64,000 bases of DNA from Lophium mytilinum (taxonomy: Eukaryota): NCBI GenBank assembly GCA_010093605.1, contig MU004181.1, positions 1,240,001 through 1,304,000 on the forward strand, written 5' to 3'. The translations under genes and the position numbers were made by a program. The notes under the pieces are model-generated. The model was not told where the DNA came from. It worked only from the letters and a program-made list of their open reading frames with translations, and searched no databases. Of the stretch, positions 34,807 through 47,925 are shown piece after piece. The first letter of the stretch is position 1. Each line of letters begins with the position of its first letter.

Positions 34807-36358
34807 AACGACTGTGTTCTGCGGGGTTCATTGGGACCATCATTTGAGGCGTACATATGTTTAGCGGGGATTTCCATGGATATGGACACGGCGTTTTAGA
34901 TACGAATTTGACACCACCGCTTGGTGTTCGGGCCGCTCGAGCCTTACGGTTATTCCACATCAAAGCCAGCTAGCCTGGCGAGTCTCTACATCGGAGCTCT
35001 TATCTCATATTGGCTATATACCAATGAATACCTAGGTACCCAGTGGCCAAACCTTGGCGAATCTCAAATATATTCACTTTGTCTAAACAATCTATATGTC
35101 TTCTTCCATGCTCTCCGATATTGATGAGCCTGACGGCAGTAGTACTATCGTATGTCGGGATCAGAAAGCGGGGATCAATCTAGTCGAGACCGGCTTGCGT
35201 GCAACGTTTCAATGTCACCGATGTGCTTCTGGCGCGACCAGCGGTCATCCATGCTCTTCCCGCAGTGCTTGCCAATACTCAGCTCGTCTCTTCCAAGTGA
35301 TCACCTCATCGGCTATGAATTGTGTTGCGGGTTGCGTGGCTGCCGCATTGGGCGTAGCGTTATTTCAACCTCAAACCAGCCAGCTCGCCCGTCAACACCA
35401 GGGCCCAAGGATTTGAGACTGCAAGAGACCTTCCAGCATTGCAAAGACAAATCTCCAAGGAGCTTCTCCCTGCAATCGCCGAATTTGGTGGTAGAGGTGA
35501 GTTCTTTCTAAACCAATCCTTCACCCATATTGCTGGAACTCGACACTGACTCCCTCTAGTATTGTTTAAGGACGATTGGAAGTACATGCTAGCTCACTCA
35601 GCTGGATTACTTCCTTGTAAATGCTAGAAGCGAATACCGGTACTTGAGCGTGGTTCCTTCTATGATCGACGCCGGCGGTAGGCTAGCGCTAGCCTTCCGA
35701 TACAATGCTGCTGTTCTTGGAGAATTTGCGGACCTAAACGCCCTCAGCCTTTGACGGTTGGGCCTATCAGTCCTCTAGCTTGATGGTCACTGGTTCCACA
35801 GAGTCTTGGCTACGTATCAATGCGTTCTCTCGGAGGTAGGTGGGGCAGCCTACCGTCGGCAACGAGGACGTCTACATTGCTTCGAGTAGTCGCTCAACCA
35901 AGGCATTGTCGGCTTATGTTCCTTTATTGGGCGGCTTCTAGAAGACTTGCCAAAGACACCGAAGAGGGGTGTCGGCTGCGTGGCCACGGGGTCGTCAGCG
36001 TGCGATGGGTGCTGAAACCGGAAAGGCGCCAGGAGTGGAGAGCCATGAGGCTGGAATGGCTTTCGGTGGGCGCATGTTAGCGATCGGAAGACACCATGAA
36101 CACGAGACGGTATCTGGGGCGGCAGTGACATATGGCTGCTTCTAGAAGTGGCTTCCACGCGACTTCTAGGAGGAGGCGCGGCAATCGGATTCAAATTCGT
36201 CAATTTATCCCAACTCATACCCCTAGACGAAGCAGAACTTCCGCATCAACAGGACTACGCATCTTCTCAAGGAAACTCCATTCTTTCAGGCGAGACAATG
36301 AACCCGGCACGTGAAAGCGGTTTTCGCAGGGTGAAGATTTTGGGATGTTGTTGGGGTC

Positions 36359-36385
36359 GAACAATACTAAGAGGAACAATACTAA
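36359..36385 (+). promoter_or_regulatory. Tandem GAACAATACTAA repeat (HMG-box-type AACAAT cores) upstream of the pheromone candidate
   Basis: Exact 12-bp direct repeat at 36359-36370 and 36374-36385, ~330 nt upstream of ATG 36713. Confidence 0.5.
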
Positions 36386-36549
36386 TGGCAAATTTGCGCC
36401 ACCAAAAGCAACGCCTCGCCAATCTTCCTCGTTTCGAAGAACCAACACCAGCTTCCAGAACCGACTATCAAGATGGTTTCTTTATTCTACCTTCAAACAA
36501 GCTTCCAAGATCTACCGAGTTTCTACCAAAGCCTACACCGGGCTCTGGG

Positions 36550-36557
36550 TATAAGAA
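36550..36557 (+). promoter_or_regulatory. TATA-like box of the pheromone candidate
   Basis: TATAAGAA ~160 nt upstream of CAACATG, followed by an A/C-rich leader typical of highly expressed fungal genes. Confidence 0.5.
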
Positions 36558-36712
36558 GCTCATCGAAGTCCCCCGAGATGAACTTCCTTTCCCCACCCAC
36601 CAGAACACACAATCATTTACAGTACGAACTATCCAAACACTCAAACACACAAACCAACATCAAACTGACACAGAAACTCAGGTTTAACCAACTCACCAAC
36701 CAACCAATCAAC

Positions 36713-36763
36713 ATGTCTCAATCCGCTGGCACTACTGGAGGCTCCGGCTGCACCGTCATGTAA
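36713..36763 (+). CDS. Putative a-factor-like (CaaX lipopeptide) mating pheromone precursor, MSQSAGTTGGSGCTVM
   Basis: 16 codons ending in CaaX (CTVM) then TAA; strong start context CAACATGTCT; TATA box and A/C-rich leader; lies alone in a 3.3-kb gap between genes. Confidence 0.75.
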   Translation: MSQSAGTTGGSGCTVM

Positions 36764-38106
36764 ATTCGTTTTACATTAGACGCATGATCATCCGCGCCCA
36801 TCGGCTTCGACAATGACAACAACCCCTCAGTCGGTGACTTGGTTCCCATCCACGCCCTTCGCATGCATCTAGACGCCTCAGACCCCGGTCTGAACGCTGC
36901 CGCGGACACATGCCCTGGGTACAGCATCCGCTGCCGGACGGAACCTTGGACTGAATCGAAGCCGGATGACGACGCCCGCTACATCTGCCTCCTCCATCTC
37001 TCGCAGGGTCAGGAGCAGAGCCAGCCGCCGGAGATCGAACAACACAACCCCCAGATCCTGTCTTGAACATGTTCGACAACAACACTTCATTTCCACCAAC
37101 CCCCCCTTTCTTAGACTCCACACCACCTCAGCCAAGGACCCCGACGGTGTCAAACCCGCCGTGTGTTTCTTGGTTCGAAGGAACCCACATGCCCCGCGCG
37201 GTCTTCCTCTTTTGGGGATCTGTGCTTTTTCATACCGACATTGCCCCGACATACCTTATCTTCTCTTGGGACGCTACGAGTTACTCTTCGGCACATTCTG
37301 GACCGGGTTATTTGCGAAGGAGTTCTTCTGCTTCGTACGATTACTTTGGGACGGCGTGTGGAGATGGGGTGGAGATCTTCTTTTACCAAGCTAGCTTGGA
37401 ATTACACTCCTTTACCAATCATCCTTGATTTTTGATGCACTGTGACTATTTCTTGAAACGTGATTTCTAGCTATGCTGGTTTCCTGACACGCGAGGATCA
37501 GACAAGCCCTGATTCGTTCTGAGATCTTCTCTGTGAGAGTGAAACACTGCAAAGGGGCATTGTGCCTTTGTCCGAGAGATTCGCCGTTAGTATTGTTCTT
37601 GAGCGTCACGTGGCCTGGCCTTTGTTAGCTTCGTAGCTCTCTGGAGAAGTTGTAGATATGCCGGAAATACCTTTCCTCTGCGTTCTAATCAAGAATGTCA
37701 TCCGACACAAAGCTGTGTGCGACAGACATCAATGCACAGACATCCATCAGCAATCTCCAAAGACACGCTTGAAAAGGCAGCATATGCACATCGCCAACGG
37801 ACAAACAGTAATCTATACCACATTTTGGAATTACGGAGTAACACACCCTAACCGAGCCTCGATTGAAATTCGAAAATCTTTTGTTACACGCTGCCATGCA
37901 AGACAAAAGAGCCCAAATGAAGCCTCTTTTTCGAAAAGACCAATACGGAGAGGGGCAAAACCAAGCATACTAAAAAACAGAGGTAGAAAGTGTGGAGGCT
38001 GGGCGATGAACAAGTGTCATTGTACAAGATAGCTCGCTTTCCCCTACTGGCCGGCCCCTACTTACGCAGCCCACATAGCAAATGCTCCGCAAAAGTATCA
38101 TCTCGC

Positions 38107-39859
38107 TTATAGCATCAGCTCTAGAGGGTTCTCGATGGCCTTCTTCAGCTCCCTCATAAACTCTCCGCCAACCGCGCCGTCAACGACCTTGTGGTCGAAG
38201 CTGCTGGTGATGATGATCTGATCGTCCCACTCGACACCAACGGTACCGTCTTCTGTCTCCTCGCCGGGCACAGCAACCTTCTTTGTGGTACCGATGGCGA
38301 CGATGGTGGACTGAGGAGGGTTGATGATAGCGGTAAATCGATCAATGGCAGAGTTCATTCCCATGTTGGAGATGGTAATGGTTCCACCCTGGTACTCTTC
38401 TGGCTTGAGCTTCCCGTCGCGAGCACGCTTGCCGAGATCCTTGATCTGCGCTGAGATGGATTGCAGACCTAGAGAGCCGACGTTCGAGACGATGGGCGTC
38501 ATGAGGCCGATAGGAGTGGCAACGGCAACCGAGACATCGACGACGTTATTTTGGCGAATAACTACCTGGCCGTCGACTTCACGCCAAGAGGAGTTGGCTG
38601 CGGGAACCTTGCGACCGGCGATGGCCACTGCTTTGACGAGGAAGTCGTTGACAGAGAGCTTGTACTTTCCGTCCGAAGCGGCGTTGAGAGCTTCTCGGAG
38701 CTTGAGGAGCTTCGAGACGGAGATTGTAGAGGCGACAAAGTAATGCGGGTTCTTGTTAAAGCTCTCGGTGAGTCGGTTGGCAATGGTCTTGCGCATGCTC
38801 GTCGCGGGAATGTCTTCGTAGGTGGGAGGGCCGGTCGTGGCGCCACCTGTGGGAGGAGCTCCGCTCGTGGACTTGTACTTCTCGACATCCGACTTGGTGA
38901 TCTTGCCGCCAGGGCCGGAACCCTTGAGGCTTGCAAGAGGAACACCTTTCTCCAGCGCGAGCTTCTTGACAGCAGGGGAGTAGGGAGATCCGCGATCTAA
39001 CGACGTCTCGAGTCTGCCGCCAGTTGACGTTGATTCCTCTGGTTCTGGAGCGGGTGACGATGACTTTGGTGTTGCGGCGGTATCAGAGGTGTCCGAGGGA
39101 GGCTCGCTGGATTCAGAGGCTTCTTCCTTTGGCGCAGAGGATGGGGAGGCTTTATCTCCGCCGGCGTCCTCGGCAGAGAAGGAGTCGAAAGCAGAGACGT
39201 CCTCGCCTTCCTCAACCATAACGGCGATAGGCTGGTATTCAGTTAGTGATAGGTTCAATTGATAGCACGTGGCTTAGATCCTGTGTCCCAGACCGCTGCC
39301 AGAACGGAAGTGCTGTTGAGCAGCGTTGGAGGTACTCACACTTCCAACTGCAACGTCCTTCTCACCAGAATCTTTGAGGATCTTGGCGATGGTGCCCTCC
39401 TCTTGATACTCGAAGTCCATTTGCGCCTTGTCCGTCTCAATCTCCACCAAGACATCGCCAGGAGCTATGTTGTCGCCAACTTTCTTCTGCCATGTGCCAA
39501 TATTTCCTGCAGTCATAGTCGGGGAGAGTGCTGGCATGGTGACGACGGTATGGGCGGGAAACGCTGCCAGAGAGCTCAATTAGCTTCGACGTCTTGTTGA
39601 TCACATTGAATCCAGCACTGGAGCCTTCTTGGCTTACACTTGGAGGCATAATATCGCGACAGAGCTGAAAGCGCAGGAGTTCGTCGTCTAGCGTGCACAA
39701 ATGTCAGCGAAGCTTCAACACCAGGACATGAGCGGAAATTAGGGCTGCGTACGCGACGAATTCCTGGCACCTCGACGCGCTGGAGCCTCCTCTTAGAGCA
39801 ATTGCGCCTCGTAGACTTAATTGCCCGGAGGCGCGTGATAGGATGGTGGTCGCGGACAT
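38107..39859 (-). CDS. LAT1: Dihydrolipoamide acetyltransferase, pyruvate dehydrogenase E2, mitochondrial, 495 aa; exons 39859-39771, 39687-39638, 39563-39340, 39231-38107
   Basis: R/S-rich presequence, lipoyl domain [27 protein letters not shown]3-binding [13 protein letters not shown] and catalytic [10 protein letters not shown]. Confidence 0.96.
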
Positions 39860-40587
39860 TGTGACGGGGATGCCGCTGGGGGGCGCGGGAGGAGATGGGA
39901 GGGCGACAAGAGCGACAGACGACGGGCGGAGGGAGAGGGAATGGGGCTCTTTAACGGCAGACGCCTCCCAGAGATGGCAGAGATGGAGTAGAGGGAATGG
40001 GAGTGGGAGTTGGTGTTGTCGGTCCGCTCAACAATCAGAAAAGTGTCGAGCGAGCTCGGGCATCGGGGTTTTGATGGGGATGCGGCCGCAGAAAGCCACC
40101 TGGACACGGGAACCCGACCTGCAGCCAATATCTATTCACTATGCTACCGCGCCCCGAGACAGCGCCGGGCGAGGTGACCGGATCGCTAGGAAGCGTGAAT
40201 GCCTTTCGTCTGATGTGATTGCTATATAGCTTATAGAGCCGCCGCGAGCTTCCTGCAGCTGTTCGTAGGGGGTGAAAGCTCTCGTGAAGGCTCGCTCGGA
40301 CCAGCACTGTGGCTGTGTGGTCCTTCGTAGCTGATTTCTGGCGCGCGCTGAGTAAGGTGAGGCTGAAATAATAGCAATCCCAAGACGTTACCACTTTGAT
40401 ACACTGCTGTACAGCGAGGAAGACGCCGCTTCATCTGCCATTATTCCCCTTTGCCTAGTCTCGCGTCTGACCTGTAGGCCCCAGACATCCTCGATCCCAC
40501 CTTTCCCCCTCGAAATGCTGCTCTGAAGCCCCTGCCAGGCATCAAAGAAGCTCCATCCAGCATACGCGGCACCCTGAATAGACCACC

Positions 40588-43500
40588 ATGGCCGACGTCG
40601 ACTCCCCGGTCGTCGCCATGGAAAATGCTCAAAACGGCCACGCCGGCGAGCATGCTACTCCAACAGATGAGGAGAAGCGCATTGATTACCACGGAGCACC
40701 CTCCACCGTTGAATCAGTCGAGGGAGCGCTGTCACAAGCAGAGGACTCCATGTCCTCAAAGGAACTCCCGGATCTTCCCACGCCTTCAGTTGAGACACCC
40801 ACGCTCAACCTCCCCAATGGACAGGAAACTCCACGCACTGCCGACTTCTTTGACCATCGGATGCACGCAGATGCTCGCTCACGGACCGACTCCCAGTCCA
40901 CTGCCGCGACCACCGCTACCAGGCCCTCGACCCGCAGCTCTTTGGTATTCGTAGTGACGGCGTTGGAGACAATCGCTGCGTCCAAAGATGCACGGAAAAA
41001 CAAGAAGCTCGGCGACTCGACCGCCCAGGCGTTGGCGGCAATCAAGAGCGAGGGCGACCCTTCACACATCAACCCCGAAATCCTCTTCGAACCTCTCCAG
41101 CTCGCCTCCGAAGCGCATACTGTCGCCGTGTCTATCACCGCCCTCGACTGTATTGGAAAGCTAATTAGCTACTCCTACTTCTCCGTCCCTGCCGATCCAC
41201 AGGCCCACTCCTCCGAGGCTCCTCCTTTGATCGAAAGGGCTATAGACACAATATGCGACTGTTTTCAGGGGGAGGCGACGCACCCAGACGTACAGCTACA
41301 GATCGTAAAGTCTTTGCTCGCAGCCATCTTGAATGACAAGATTGTCGTGCATGGGGCAGGCCTCCTGAAGGCCGTGCGGCTTACCTACAATATATTCTTG
41401 CTGTCAAAATCCAGCGCAAATCAGCAGGTTGCGCAAGGAGCGCTCACTCAGATGGTGGGAACTGTTTTTGAAAGAGTTAAGGGCAGACTATCAGCTAAAG
41501 AGGCTCGAGTAAATGTCTCACAGGTATCTCTGGACAATAGCAAGGGCGGATCAGATGATAACGTGCGGGAAGAGGTCGAAGGAAGTACGTCCGGCGTAGA
41601 TGAATCTGAAGTCGCTGCCGAAGAAGACGAAGATGAAGAAGAGACCCCCGAAGCTTCCGAGTCTGGAACGCACGAACCCAGCGACAAGCCTGTGGAGAAG
41701 CACACCGGCCCAAAGATTACCTTACAGAGCTTCGAGAATAACATGAGCTTCAATGACGACCGCATCCATGACAATGCGCCCACCCTTGTCACTAGAATCA
41801 AGGGGCGAGCAACACCCAGATCCATATCTGGGCAAGATGCATCCCCGAACCCTCAGCATGACGGCGAAGGCTCCGACGACGAGGAAGAAGACGAAATCTT
41901 CATCCGGGATGCATACCTCGTGTTCCGTGCCATGTGCAGACTCAGCACTAAATCGCTTCAGGTAGAACACGCCGTGGATATCAAGTCTCAAGGAATGCGC
42001 TCGAAGCTGCTCTCGCTCCACATAATCCACACCATTCTGCACAACAACATAGTCGTCTTTATATCACCCTATGCCACCATACGGAGTAGTAGCAGCGATG
42101 AGCCGACGACCTTTGTGCAAGCCATCAAGCAGTATCTATGCTTAAGTCTGAGCCGGAATGGTGCCAGTTCAGTGAACCGGGTGTTCGAAGTCAGCTGTGA
42201 GATATTCTGGCTGATGCTAAAATACTTGCGAGTTATGCTGAAGAAAGAAATTGAGGTGTTCTTGAAAGAGATCTACCTAGCGATTCTCGAGCGACGAACG
42301 GCAGCAGTCTTTCAGAAGCAGTACATCTTAATTGTTCTGGGAAGGTTAGCGGCAGACCCAAGGGCGCTGGTCGAGATATATCTCAATTACGACTGCGATC
42401 GAACGGCCCTGGACAACATGTACCAAAGAATCGTAGAACATCTTTCTAGGATATCTAGCACTCCTGTTGCAATCACGCCGATGCAACAACAAGCCTACCA
42501 AGATCACCATAGCAAGCAGTCAAATCTGTCGGATTGGCAAGCTCGGGGCACACTTCCACCGGCACTCTCCACAGCGTCAATGCATTCACCCCACGAAGTT
42601 GACCAAGGATATCCTCCAGAATACGCTATGAAGCAAGAATCACTCGAAGCTTTGGTCGAGATTCTCCGCTCTCTTGTCAATTGGTCTCAGCAGGGCGTCG
42701 CAGAAGCTACTGCGGCGCTTCGAGAGTCCGAGTCAAGGGCATCCGTTGATGACTTCCGGGATTCGATAGATAATCGAACCACAGTAGACTCGCCGCACCC
42801 CGGATTCGACTCAGGAACAGCAACGCCGCTAGCTGAAGATGACCCAAATCAATTGGAGAAAGCGAAGCAGCGAAAGACGGCTTTGACGAACGCTGTGAGG
42901 CTCTTCAACTTCAAGCCTAAGCGAGGCATGAAAGCGCTTCTGAAAGATGGTTTCATTAGGTCCGACAAGCCAGAAGACGTTGCTCGCTTTCTACTCGACA
43001 ACGACACCATTGACAAGGCATCACTCGGCGAGTTTCTCGGCGAGGGTGATGCAGCAAATATCGCCATCATGCACGCATTTGTAGACTGCATGGACTTTGC
43101 GAAAACGAGATTCGTGGACGCTTTGAGGCGTTTCCTCCAGAGTTTCCGTCTTCCTGGAGAAGCCCAAAAGATTGATCGTTTCATGCTCAAATTTGCTGAG
43201 CGGTACATCACTGGAAATCCTAATGCCTTTGCTAACGCTGATACCGCATACGTACTTGCCTACTCTGTCATTTTGTTGAATACCGATCAGCATAGCACAA
43301 AAATGAAAGGCCGTCGCATGACACCCGAGGACTTCATCAAGAACAACCGCGGTATCAACGACAATGCCGACCTTCCTGAGGAATATCTTCTCGGGATTTA
43401 CGATGAAATCGCACACAACGAGATCGTGTTATACACTGAAAGAGCCGCCGCGGCAAATCAGGGCATCATAGTTCAGCCTACTGTTGGAATTGCTGCAAAT

Positions 43501-46500
43501 ATCGGGCAGGCATTGGCGACAGTAGGGCGGGATCTACAGCGAGAGGCTTATGTGCAAGCATCAGAAGAGATGGCGAACAAGACTGAACAGCTTTACAAGT
43601 CGTTACTAAGAGCTCAAAGGCGGACAGCAACGAAAATGCCTGTATCGAAGTTCATTCCCGCGTCTTCTTTCAAACATGTCGGCCCTATGTTTGAAGTGAC
43701 ATGGATGCCATTCCTCACAGCACTCTCAGGTCAAGCACAAGAGGGCCACAACATTGAAATTGTTAGACTGTGTATGGAAGGGCTGAAACTCGCCATCCGC
43801 GTTGCTTGTATTTTCGATCTCGAAACACCTCGTCAATCCTTCGTTGCTTCGCTAGCAAGATTCACAAACCTCTACAACCTGAGCGAGATGAAGGCTAAGA
43901 ACGTCGAGGCCTTGAAAGTGCTTCTCGAAGTCGCGCACAACGAAGGGAACAATCTGAAAGAATCATGGCGAGATATTCTAACTTGTGTGTCACAGCTTGA
44001 TCGCTTCCAACTCATCTCGACTGGGGTGGATGAGAGGGCAGTCCCAGATGTGCTGAAGGCGCACATGCAACCCCCAACAGCTCGGAAGTCCCTCACAGTG
44101 CCAAATCGGCGCAGAGCTGCGCCTCATAATAGCAATATTCATTATCAGGCTGATATTGCGGAGGAGAGCCGCTCCACCGACATGATACGAGCTGTCGATC
44201 GAATATTCACAAACACTGCCAATCTCTCCGGGGAGGCTATCGTGGACTTCGTGAAAGCATTAACGCAGGTCAGCTGGCAGGAGATCGAGTCGTCCGGCCA
44301 GAGCGAGTCACCACGTACCTACAGCTTACAGAAGCTGGTCGAAATCAGCGGGTACAACATGACTCGTGTCCGATTCGAGTGGACGAATATTTGGCAAATC
44401 CTTGGGGCTCACTTCAATGATGTTGGATGTCATACCAACACTAACGTAGTTTTCTTTGCCCTAAATTCGCTGCGACAACTATCCATGCGCTTCATGGAGA
44501 TCGAAGAACTTCCCGGTTTTAAATTCCAGAAGGATTTCCTTAAACCGTTTGAGCACATCATCAGCAACACCACCGTCGTCCAGGTTAAAGACATGGTCCT
44601 TCGTTGTTTGATCCAGATGATACAGGCTCGCGGTGAAAATATCCGGTCTGGTTGGAGAACTATGTTTGGCGTCTTCACTGTTGCTGCCAGGGAACCATAC
44701 GGTTAGTCTCAAACCTCGAACTGCAATGTTACAGATCTAACCAAACGTAGAGGGTATCGTTAGCCTCGCTTTCGAGAACATCACTCAAGTGTATAATACC
44801 AGGTTTGGCGTTGTCATCTCGCAAGGTGCGTTTGCAGACTTGATTGTCTGCTTAACGGAGTTCTCGAAGAACTACAAGTTCCAAAAGAAATCGCTACAGG
44901 CCATTGAATTACTGAAGGCGTCAGTCCCGAAGATGTTGCGGACTCCAGAATGCCCTCTCTCGGTCAGAGCTGGCTTCGTCAAGGACAGCGAACAAGGGTC
45001 TTCTATTCCTAAACAGCCTACCCGTCAAACCCAGGAGGAGCAATTTTGGTTCCCAGTTCTTTTCGCCTTTCACGACGTGCTAATGACCGGCGAGGATCTC
45101 GAAGTTCGGTCTCGGTCTTTGAACTACCTCTTTGAAACGCTCATCGCTTACGGTCGTGACTTTCCGCAAGACTTCTGGGATATGCTCTGGCGTCAGCTTC
45201 TGTACCCAATCTTCATGGTATTGAAGTCGAAATCCGAGATGAACAAGGTCCTGAACCACGAAGAGTTGTCAGTCTGGCTATCTACAACCATGATCCAGGC
45301 TCTGCGAAACATGATCAAACTCTTCACACATTTCTTCGAGTCTCTCGAGTATATGTTAGATCGGTTCCTTGATCTACTTGCGCTATGCATATGTCAGGAA
45401 AATGACACCCTGGCAAGGATTGGCAGTAACTGCCTGCAGCAGCTAATACTACAGAATGTACAGAAATTCCAACCGGAGCATTGGCACAAGATTGTCAATG
45501 CGTTTGTGGAGTTGTTCAATAGGACGGAAGCCACTGCCCTTTTCTCAGCAGCTACAGCATCGTCATATACACCGACTTCCTCAACGCCTTCTTACGGCTA
45601 TCGCAGCGCGTCACATCCCAAGACGCCAACGACTGAGGCAAATATCACGGACCTGCCCCTTTCTCAGACTCCGACTGAAGAGTTGCAAGACAATGCTCTC
45701 GGCATCAATGGTCTCCCCATCCCGCGTCGATCCTCAGCCGTTACGTCGGAAGAGTCGAGCACCACGCCTTCGGACACCCGTATGCCGTCGCCCCTCCCCA
45801 AACGGCAAACGGCAGAGCTAGAAGACTACCGACCAGACGATCAGAACCTCCAGCAAGCCCCGGTAGTTGTAACTGCTGCACGCCGGCGCTTCTTCAATCA
45901 AATCATTACTAAATGCGTTCTCCAGCTTCTCATGATCGAAACTGTGCAGGAGCTGTTCACCAACGACGCCGTCTACGAGAAAATCCCGTCAGGCGAACTC
46001 CTCCGCCTCATGGCAGTGCTCAAGAAATCGTATCAGTTCGCCAAACGCTTTAATGCGGACCGCGACCTTCGCACGCGCCTCTTCCGCGAGGGCTTTATGA
46101 AGCAGCCGCCAAATCTGCTCAAGCAAGAATCCGGCTCGGCGTCCGTATACGTCAGCATCCTCTTCCGCATGTACCACGACACGTCGACGGAGCGGGCGGC
46201 GTCGCGCGCCGAGACGGAGGCTGCGCTCGTGCCGCTGTGCGAAGACATTGTCGCCAGCTACATTGAGCTCGACGAGGAGACGCAGCAGCGGAATATTGTC
46301 ACGTGGCGGCCTGTTGTGGTCACTGTACTAGACGGATACACCGGATTCCCGGAGCAGGAATTCGAGAAGCATGTCGAGGTGTTTGCACCGCTGGTCGTCG
46401 GGCTGTTGGGGACGGAGATGGTGGGAGATGTGCAGCGGGTGGTGCAGGCGCTAGTGATGCGCATCTTCGAGGCGAAGCTAGGAATCCCACGTGTGCCGCT

Positions 46501-46591
46501 TATGACGCCTGTCGTGAGAAGTCCTCGAGGAAGTTTCAGTGGTGGGATAGGAGTCATGGGACAGCAGAGAAGGGGGAGCAGGGGGAGGTAG
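40588..46591 (+). CDS. SEC7: ARF guanine-nucleotide exchange factor Sec7 (BIG-type), ~1984 aa; exons 40588-44701, 44751-46591
   Basis: DCB/HUS (YLNYDCD), Sec7 domain FRLPGEAQKIDRFM and AYSVILLNTDQH, HDS domains (FKFQKDFLKPF, ENDTLARIG); one intron GTTAGT..CTAAC..TAG. Confidence 0.97.
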
Positions 46592-46864
46592 TAGGTTGCT
46601 ATGATTAGTTGAGCGAAATGTTCGGAAGCATTGGGGATCTGTAGGTTATTATTTGGTACTTGGTCTAGCCTCCGCTACGCGAGGTACCCATGGGCGTGTC
46701 AGGTGTTGGAGGATAGTTCTTAAATGTGTGCCGCTGCATGCTTTGTAGAGTAGTTTTAGCCGTAGTCGAATTTGAGAAAAGCGTCGCATCGCTTTGACAG
46801 ATGAGTTTTGTGATGCCTGAGCATGAAGGCATTCGGCGATCTTTCGGGTGATAGCGTGTCAACG

Positions 46865-46873
46865 TCCGCGGAG
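46865..46873. promoter_or_regulatory. NirA/NIT4-type nitrate-induction site
   Basis: TCCGCGGAG matches CCDCGGAG (reverse of CTCCGHGG) and the TCCGCGGA palindrome, ~1.05 kb upstream of the niaD ATG, with GATA motifs nearby (e.g. ~46849). Confidence 0.6.
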
Positions 46874-47925
46874 AAGTTCTCTCCAAAAACAACCATGAAA
46901 CTCAAGATCCCACAAGCTGATTCATGCAGCGGTGGACCGAGTGTCAAGCCATGAACATGCAAGCAGTCGTATCAAGCAGAAATAGGCTCTTAGCGAGAGA
47001 TGGGAGGGTAGTCCCTCGATGGAGCAGGTCCTCAAGGCGCAATGTATTGGAACTCACCGAGGTAGGCAGGTATCTAATGGCACCAGGAACATCACTTTAA
47101 ACGAAATAAAGGGAGACAATGTATCATGCAGTAAGGCTATCGCACTTGAGATGATCTTCATCTGCACAGTTCCTTCCATGTCCCACGTCTTGTGATATTT
47201 TGTCAATGGGCATTATCTCTTTCTCTCTATTTAATATATTCGCCGAAGTGTTCAACGGCATCTTATATCGTATTGGCTAGAGCATTGGCCGTAGACTCTC
47301 ATTCAGCTGGATTACACCACGGCTCAGGGATGGAGAAATAGCAAAAGCTAAATGTGTGTTTTGAGGCGGCTCGGCGCGGCTTCTGACGCTAGCTCAAATC
47401 GCATTAGGTGGCAGAGATAAGGGTGGTGCATAGCGGCGAAGGAGATGTTTGTCCGACGTCTCTTTTTCCTCGCACCCATCGCAGGTGGCACATCGGCAGC
47501 GATGTGGTCTCTCTCGCACCGATCCCAATCGCCCAATTGCGCCTATCCCGACTACTTCTTTGTGCAGCCTCTGCCGCCGTCAGCCTGCATCGGGGCCTAG
47601 CCCCCAGATACACCCGCTGTGCATCAGCTTTCTCCGGGCTCAGTGGCTTGTAGTCACAATTATGACGAATGACGAAGCCCACAAGAAGTGATGCACCCCG
47701 GAACTGTGTTTCGTTTCGTATTAACTGCTTGAGCTAAGACCTGTCAACCACGCCTGCACCTTTGAGCGTGGGTTGACCGCATCGGTTGTCAATCACCCTA
47801 TTTTCTGCTCTTCTTCTCGCCTGAGTCTTTTTTCTGATTCTTTCCTACTCGCGGTCAGAGATACCCTGCTTCTAGTTCTGTGTTCGCTTGGAGCTTTTGC
47901 TGGCGTTTTCTTGGCATTTGACATC

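Noticed and set aside
36473..36763. 96-aa in-frame ORF ending in CTVM as the true pheromone precursor
   Set aside because: Its ATG lies upstream of the TATA box and the extension runs through typical leader sequence; ATG 36713 has the better context.
36771..37435. Several overlapping 75-142-aa ORFs downstream of the CaaX ORF
   Set aside because: No protein-like features; more likely the 3' UTR of the pheromone transcript or intergenic DNA.
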